A program made the position numbers and the translations under genes. Of a stretch of DNA of 62,496 nt, positions 57,801 to 62,496 are shown in pieces. The notes beneath the pieces were generated by a model that ran no database searches, was not told the DNA's origin, and saw only the letters and a program-made list of their open reading frames with translations. This DNA comes from a virus (Duplodnaviria; Caudoviricetes). Position 1 is the stretch's first letter; every line of letters begins with the position of its first letter. The DNA is taken from IMG/VR virus record IMGVR_UViG_3300025773_000007, positions 1 through 62,496 of that record. One strand, given 5' to 3'.

Positions 57801-58513
57801 TTGTAGTCGGTGGTGGAGGTCCCGGTGGACCACCAGGCGGTGCCGGTGGCGGTGCCGGTGGATTAGTTTATAGTTCTAGTGTACCAGTAATCCCAGGACA
57901 AATTTATTCAGTAGTTGTTGGTGTTGCAGGCGGAACATATAGTCCAGGAGTGTACGGAAATAGTTTAGGAAGCAATGGCGGAAATAGTAGTTTTGCCGGA
58001 ATTGTTGCATATGGCGGCGGAGCAGGAGGCGGCAATAGTCTAGTTCCAGCTGGAGGCGGATCTGGAGGCGGCGCTAGCGGAAATCAAACACCTTATACCG
58101 GTGCTGGCGGTACTTATGGACAAGGTAACGCAGGTGGAACAGGAGTTACTGGAACATATCAAACTAACGGCGGAGGCGGCGGCGCAGGATCTGTTGGCGG
58201 TGCTGGCACCGGTACAGTAAGCGGAGCAGGCGGAGCAGGATTGACTTATAGTATTAGTGGAACTTCGACTACTTACGCTGGCGGTGGTGGAGGCTCTGGT
58301 GGCTCTGGCACTTCAGTAACAGGAGCCGCTGGTGGATCCGGCGGTGGTGGCGCAGGCGGAACTGGAATGCCAGGAGCAAGTGGTAGCGGTACTTCGAATC
58401 CAAGTCCAGGACTTCAAAATACTGGCGGAGGCGGTGGTGGCTTAGGTAATGGAAGTAACCCTGGAGAACGCGGCGGATCGGGCATTGTAATCATAAGATG
58501 GAATGGCGGTTAA
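54881..58513 (+). CDS. Glycine-rich adhesin-like virion protein (1210 aa)
   Basis: N-terminal RAS.GTY...LIEPASTN...APDG...NGWYRC...IWG.QLE domain, followed by three WTCP..VT.V..LVV.GGG...GGSG.V..RY glycine-rich modules. Confidence 0.8.
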   Translation: MANRFIGGVLTSQKQPTTGFVSRASTGTYFNSSGVLTTAAINQPRLNYSYVNGSWTQPTVLIEPASTNIVTGSSDFSNVTYWSTNNSTIATAAAVAPDGTTTACKIQETTANTLHGVENQLGSTNGLAYTLSIFAKAAERSWLIIDNTHQGVANYRNYFNLSTGATGTIAGGNSQLSMVPVGNGWYRCSVTRPAGTYGTHRVCIYTTTGDATPTYTGTSGSGIYIWGCQLEYQLGTTSFIPVTSVAITRAQDDVGPISGGIYRLEELQNQSSIDDQYTIQSFVNLGSNYNWTCPQDVTSVEVLVVGGGGSGADNGAGGGAGGVVYNSNYPVIPGNTYTVVVGSGGSGSTAGSNVNGTSGQYSQFGTLVANGGGFGGSGGTPAQGAAGGSGGGSAALLASTTLNGGPGTAGQGFSGGQSYGGTSPYPAGGGGGAGGNGGNASGNAQNAFNLGGQGGVGLYFPQFSAYGASGYFGGGGGGGGNIVVTPYGVGGLGGGGSAGTGTVSAKSGATNTGGGGGGGVGLTGGGAGGSGVVLVRYKRTNTQLSAVSNESLISQKFITSNYWTCPPGVTQVEALVVAGGGGGGGTNGGGGSGGGAGGLIYNSSVSVTPGTTYQLIVGNGGPGGSLGIGYNGYASALASGTEYNTNYSFSATTGWSAQSSATVGLFTGNGPNGGGSVVLTSTGGSNVYSTFLVSGLTNGTQYVVSFWAKGSSNFSTGTISFTDNAYNSGNTLATATSIPSLSLTWSQYSFIFTANSSNQIYVSFFTGGTSTNYMYVSQLSVRATIIGTIGGGGGAQFGGTGNSGGSGGGGTGGVGSGTSGQGNSGGLGYNWSVTNGNGGGGGAGQAGPQGGTKDQMQSGCGGNGLSFTITGNLEFYAGGGGGGTYAATSNSYGSTPGVGGAGGGGNGSFSGVAAQPGAPNTGGGGGGCGGNGVTVGAAGGSGVIVLRYRVPTYAVFQDSGYWTCPLGVTSVQALVVGGGGPGGPPGGAGGGAGGLVYSSSVPVIPGQIYSVVVGVAGGTYSPGVYGNSLGSNGGNSSFAGIVAYGGGAGGGNSLVPAGGGSGGGASGNQTPYTGAGGTYGQGNAGGTGVTGTYQTNGGGGGAGSVGGAGTGTVSGAGGAGLTYSISGTSTTYAGGGGGSGGSGTSVTGAAGGSGGGGAGGTGMPGASGSGTSNPSPGLQNTGGGGGGLGNGSNPGERGGSGIVIIRWNGG

Positions 58514-58516
58514 ATA
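58511..58516 (+). promoter_or_regulatory. T4-like late promoter core (TAAATA)
   Basis: Overlaps the upstream stop, 4 nt before ATG 58521, with no Shine-Dalgarno. Confidence 0.6.
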
Positions 58517-58520
58517 ACGT

Positions 58521-61500
58521 ATGGCTAAAAATAATAATCCAGGAAGAATTCTAAAAGGTACAAAAACTCAACCCTCACTTAAAGGTGCTAGTGGTATTTG
58601 GACTTTGGATGAAGCACTACAATATCATCGCGCCAACCAATGGCCTATACCTAACCTTTATCAACCTGTGTCAAATAGCGTAAGAAACAGCCTCGCTAAG
58701 ACTTCTTATTTTACATTTACTCCTAATCGAACAGGAAGCAATCGACGATTTACTATGAGTTGGTGGTTCAAATTGGGACAGTTGTCAGCAGCTGGCGGCA
58801 CACAGCGACATCTTTTTTACAGTTATGATGGCTCAAATTTATTACAAGTATTTTTAGAAAGAGCCAGCGGAACTAACCCTGATTACATTTGTTTTTATGG
58901 TGGCGGCACAGATTTACGATTCAGTCCTATATTAAGAGATACAAACGCATGGTACCATTTGGTTATAAGTGTTGATATCAATCAATCAACTTCTTCTAAT
59001 ACTGTTAAAGGATGGTTAAACGGTGTTCAAATGACCATGGCTGGTAGTCAAGCTTCGAGTACTCCTACATATCCAACTGGTTCAACTTATTGGCCTATTT
59101 TTCAACCTTATGCATATCAACGTGTAGGCGGCAATTCCAGTGGCGGTACATTCGATGGTTATTTTTCAGAAGTAAATTTTATAGACGGTTACGCTTTACA
59201 ACCATCATTATTTGGTCAATTTGATAGCAACAATACGTGGGTACCCATTCCTTATACAGGTAGTTATGGAACCAACGGTTTTTATTTGCCATTTACTAAC
59301 GCACAAACAAGTCAGACTTTAGGGTATGATGCTAGTTTAAATGGAACTCCTACTTATAGTGCAGATCAAGATCCTTATCGTAGCAGTGTTACAATGCATT
59401 TTGATGGTAATGGTTTTCCAGGGTCAGTTGGAACATCGACAAATACACTTATATTAGACAGTAGTTCTAATAACTATACAATCACAACCAGTGGCTCAGT
59501 AAGTCAAGGAAGTTTTAGTCCATATCCATTTGCTCCAACATCACTTTATAATCCTATAGTTCATGGAGGAAGTGCATATTTTCAAGGAACATCTTCTAGC
59601 TATCTAACAGTTCCAAGTAGTTCCAATTGGGCTATTGGTAGTACTGGCACTATAGAAATGTGGGTTTACCCTACAGCCAATAATGCCGGTAATGTAAGAT
59701 TCTGGTGTGTAAACAATAACTCCTCAGGGTTAGATGCATACTTTAATGGCGGCGCAACTACAGTCTATATGCACGGTGGAGCTGTAGGAACAACTACTTC
59801 CATGTCATTAAACACTTGGACACATTTAGCAGTAGTTTATAATAGTGGAACGGTATCGATTTATTTTAACGGTATTAGTCAAACTCTGACTGGTACTACA
59901 ACTGGATATAATATTACCAATAATGGTACTTTATATATTGGAAACTTCAACGCCCCGGCGACCGGTTATGCATACACTGGATATATGAGTGGTGTGCGTA
60001 TTACAAAAGGTGTAGCCATTTATACCGGTAATTTTGTTCCAACTAATCGACCATTCGGCACACTGACAAATAATTTAATTACATTTAGCGAAGATTTTAC
60101 TAATAGTTTCTGGATACCATATAATCTTACAGTTACTACTGGAGCTGGTATTGCTCCAGATGGAACTCCTACAGCTACATTAGTTACTTCTACACAAGTA
60201 TTTTCAAATTCAAATATTGCGTTTTCATATTCGTCTACTAGTAATTCTTCTCCATACACTTACAGTATCTATGCTAAAGCCGGTACATTGTATTCATTTA
60301 GACATCGTGTAGCATTTACAGGCGGTACTGGGTTAGGTTACAGTATTGATGTTAATTTACAAACTGGAACATATCAAACAGGAGAATCTGGATATACAAA
60401 CGCAAGTATAGCATCAGTAGGTAATGGGTGGTATCGTATTAGTATCACTGCCAGCAATAACGGTACTGGTAATACTAATTATATTGGCCAGTGCTATTTA
60501 GGGTCATTGCAAGGCACATCTACAGGTTCGATATATATCTGGGGAGCTCAATACGAACAATCGAGTTCATTAAGTACTTACACACCAACTCCTGCTAACT
60601 ATTCAACAACACCTAGTTTATTATTAACCTTTGCCACAGCGGCAATTGTAGATGTTGCTGGAGCAAATAACGCAACACCAAGCGGTATTGTTTCGATAAC
60701 ATCTAATAGTAAGAATGGTGCCGGCGCTATAACATTTAATGGTAGTACTGATTATCTAACACTGAATGGATCAACAGGTACCACTTATTTTGGTACAAAT
60801 AATTTTACTGTAGAATGTTGGTGGCAAGCTAATGGAACACAAACTAACTATGCCCCAATTATTAGTCAAGGATTTACAAGTTCACCACCATCAGGAACAT
60901 GGGGATTAAAAGTTGCAGGCGCTAGTACTACTAATCTTCAATTTACATACGATGCTGGTCTTGTAAACGTTGGACAAAATATAAATTCATCTATAAACCC
61001 TAATGATGGTAACTGGCATCATCTTGCGGTATCTAGAAATTCTTCAACATTAAACATGTATATCGATGGTATACTAGTTGGAAACGCTTCAATTCCTGCC
61101 AGCGAAGTAGTAGGAAATACTACTACTCCTATTATTATTGGGTACGAGTCTCGAGATGGAAGCTATTTAAAAGGCACAATAGATGACTTGCGTGTGACCA
61201 ATGGAGTGGGAAGATATCCCTCGGCATTTAGTCCACCTGCTCGAAGCTTGCCTAATATTGGGGGCAAATCTTTTGTTGCACAAAACATCAATGCCGGTGT
61301 AGTACAAAAATTTACTACAGTTGGTACGAATTCATGGACAGCACCGTCAGATGTTACACAAGTTGAAGTACTAGTAGTAGCTGGCGGCGGCGGAGGTGGT
61401 TCTCGTATTGGTGGCGGAGGTGGAGCCGGTGGTTTAATCTACAATAGTCAATATCCAGTTACACCGGGACAAACATATACAGTCACAGTCGGCGCTGGAG

Positions 61501-62496
61501 GATCATCAGCAACATCTATGCCTGGCACACAAGGCGGTAATGGCGGAAATAGTGTTTTTGGAAATTTAACAGCAATCGGTGGCGGTGGCGGTGGCTATTA
61601 TAATACCTCGAGTGCAACTTTAGGATCGTCTGGTGGTAGTGCAGGCGGCAATGGCGGATACTATACAAACAGTGGGACTAGTGGCACCGCTGGCCAAGGA
61701 TTTAGCGGTGGTGGAAGTACAGCAAGTCAAGATGCTGGTGGTGGCGGTGGTGGCGCAGGCGGATCTGGAGCTACTGGAGTTTCTGGACAAGGAGGTGCTG
61801 GCGGCACTGGATTACAATTTAGCATTAGCGGCATACCAACATACTATGCAGGTGGTGGCGGCGGCGGCCAAGGAACATCAGCAGGTGCCGGCGGATCTGG
61901 TGGCGGTGGTGCAGGTTCTACTAGTAATAATAACGCCACTGCTGGAACAGCAAATACAGGCGGTGGTGGTGGTGGAGCAAGAAATTCTTCTGATACGTCA
62001 AACGTGGTATCAGGTGCCGGCGGTTCAGGAATTGTATTAATTCGTTATACAACTACAGCCGTAGCAAATACTAGTGATTTAACTACAGATAATTTACTAG
62101 ATAGTCCAACACTATATGGACATGATTTAGGCAATGGCGGAGAAGTGGTCGGCAATTATGCTACATGGAATCCATTAGATAATTTTTTCAGTGGCGATCC
62201 TACCAGTGCAGGCGTGGTTTGGCAAAATAGTAATTTAACTATTGCCAATAATTCAGCATCGTGGTTAGGTCAACGTGCAACCATAGCATACCCTTCAAGT
62301 GGAAAATATTATTATGAAGTACATATTGACAGTGGTAGTGGCCCAGGTGTAAGTAGCGGTGTTGAGATAGGTATTACTCAAGCATCTAGTTATCCAGCAG
62401 CCGCAAACACTTATATAGATAACACAGCTAGTACATACTGTTATCGATTAAACGGTAGTGTTTACACCGCCGGCTCGCTAGCTAGCTCATCTGTTC
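58521..62496 (+). CDS. Large LamG/concanavalin-like + glycine-rich + SPRY-like virion protein, 3'-truncated (>1325 aa); absent from the ORF track
   Basis: Hand translation: MAKNNNPG...SGIWTLDE...FTMSWWFK...RDTNAWYHLV; TIEMWVYP...NTWTHLAVV; FTVECWW...DGNWHHLAV; WTAPSDVTQVEVLVVAGGG; GNYATWNPLD...SGKYYYEV. Start and end segments are in the same frame, and omission from the track fits the lack of a stop in the window. Confidence 0.85.
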   Translation, partial: MAKNNNPGRILKGTKTQPSLKGASGIWTLDEALQYHRANQWPIPNLYQPVSNSVRNSLAKTSYFTFTPNRTGSNRRFTMSWWFKLGQLSAAGGTQRHLFYSYDGSNLLQVFLERASGTNPDYICFYGGGTDLRFSPILRDTNAWYHLVISVDINQSTSSNTVKGWLNGVQMTMAGSQASSTPTYPTGSTYWPIFQPYAYQRVGGNSSGGTFDGYFSEVNFIDGYALQPSLFGQFDSNNTWVPIPYTGSYGTNGFYLPFTNAQTSQTLGYDASLNGTPTYSADQDPYRSSVTMHFDGNGFPGSVGTSTNTLILDSSSNNYTITTSGSVSQGSFSPYPFAPTSLYNPIVHGGSAYFQGTSSSYLTVPSSSNWAIGSTGTIEMWVYPTANNAGNVRFWCVNNNSSGLDAYFNGGATTVYMHGGAVGTTTSMSLNTWTHLAVVYNSGTVSIYFNGISQTLTGTTTGYNITNNGTLYIGNFNAPATGYAYTGYMSGVRITKGVAIYTGNFVPTNRPFGTLTNNLITFSEDFTNSFWIPYNLTVTTGAGIAPDGTPTATLVTSTQVFSNSNIAFSYSSTSNSSPYTYSIYAKAGTLYSFRHRVAFTGGTGLGYSIDVNLQTGTYQTGESGYTNASIASVGNGWYRISITASNNGTGNTNYIGQCYLGSLQGTSTGSIYIWGAQYEQSSSLSTYTPTPANYSTTPSLLLTFATAAIVDVAGANNATPSGIVSITSNSKNGAGAITFNGSTDYLTLNGSTGTTYFGTNNFTVECWWQANGTQTNYAPIISQGFTSSPPSGTWGLKVAGASTTNLQFTYDAGLVNVGQNINSSINPNDGNWHHLAVSRNSSTLNMYIDGILVGNASIPASEVVGNTTTPIIIGYESRDGSYLKGTIDDLRVTNGVGRYPSAFSPPARSLPNIGGKSFVAQNINAGVVQKFTTVGTNSWTAPSDVTQVEVLVVAGGGGGGSRIGGGGGAGGLIYNSQYPVTPGQTYTVTVGAGGSSATSMPGTQGGNGGNSVFGNLTAIGGGGGGYYNTSSATLGSSGGSAGGNGGYYTNSGTSGTAGQGFSGGGSTASQDAGGGGGGAGGSGATGVSGQGGAGGTGLQFSISGIPTYYAGGGGGGQGTSAGAGGSGGGGAGSTSNNNATAGTANTGGGGGGARNSSDTSNVVSGAGGSGIVLIRYTTTAVANTSDLTTDNLLDSPTLYGHDLGNGGEVVGNYATWNPLDNFFSGDPTSAGVVWQNSNLTIANNSASWLGQRATIAYPSSGKYYYEVHIDSGSGPGVSSGVEIGITQASSYPAAANTYIDNTASTYCYRLNGSVYTAGSLASSSV

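Noticed and set aside
55790-62030. GGC/GGT/GGA triplet runs resembling microsatellites or a GC-rich foreign island
   Set aside because: They are mixed synonymous Gly codons of the glycine-rich domains, and the GC rise is explained by amino-acid composition.
305-62040. Many 60-160 aa alternative-frame or antisense ORFs in the track (e.g. 305..613, 38716..39084, 48487..48891, 53884..54363, 61633..62040)
   Set aside because: They lie almost entirely within longer motif-bearing genes and show Val/Pro/Leu compositions expected from shadows of Thr/Gly-rich codons. I saw no family motifs in them.

Overview
A 62.5-kb piece of the virion morphogenesis (late) region of a large T4-superfamily-like myophage. 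It is AT-rich, densely coding in the standard bacterial code, and I see no tRNA, rRNA, CRISPR array or integrase. Left to right: (1) head genes for prohead protease (5'-truncated), scaffold and major capsid protein, closed by a C(UUCG)G terminator. (2) About 31 kb of Thr/Ser/Gly/Asn-rich structural and fibre genes, including 2587-aa and 3197-aa paralogues and four tandem proteins with S74 intramolecular chaperones. (3) An 11.5-kb tailoring-enzyme island: nine 2OG-Fe(II) oxygenase-fold genes (one apparently catalytically dead), three flavin-dependent halogenases and a protein-arginine-methyltransferase-like enzyme. It forms two convergent, tightly overlapped gene strings that continue late structural operons. 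(4) A NUDIX hydrolase and gp15-, gp14- and gp13-like tail/neck genes around back-to-back TAAATA late promoters. (5) A third fibre paralogue and two glycine-rich/LamG adhesin-like genes; the last runs off the window and is missing from the ORF track. Most notable: the gp15-like gene has its coupled ATG separated from the conserved reading frame by a 51-nt structured segment with an in-frame TAA (candidate translational bypass or non-canonical initiation). Also notable are the late-expressed modification island, two structured late 5' leaders, and a repeated 'hydrophobic C-terminal helix + 110-aa partner' fibre module. All family calls are from motif recognition by eye, not from database searches.
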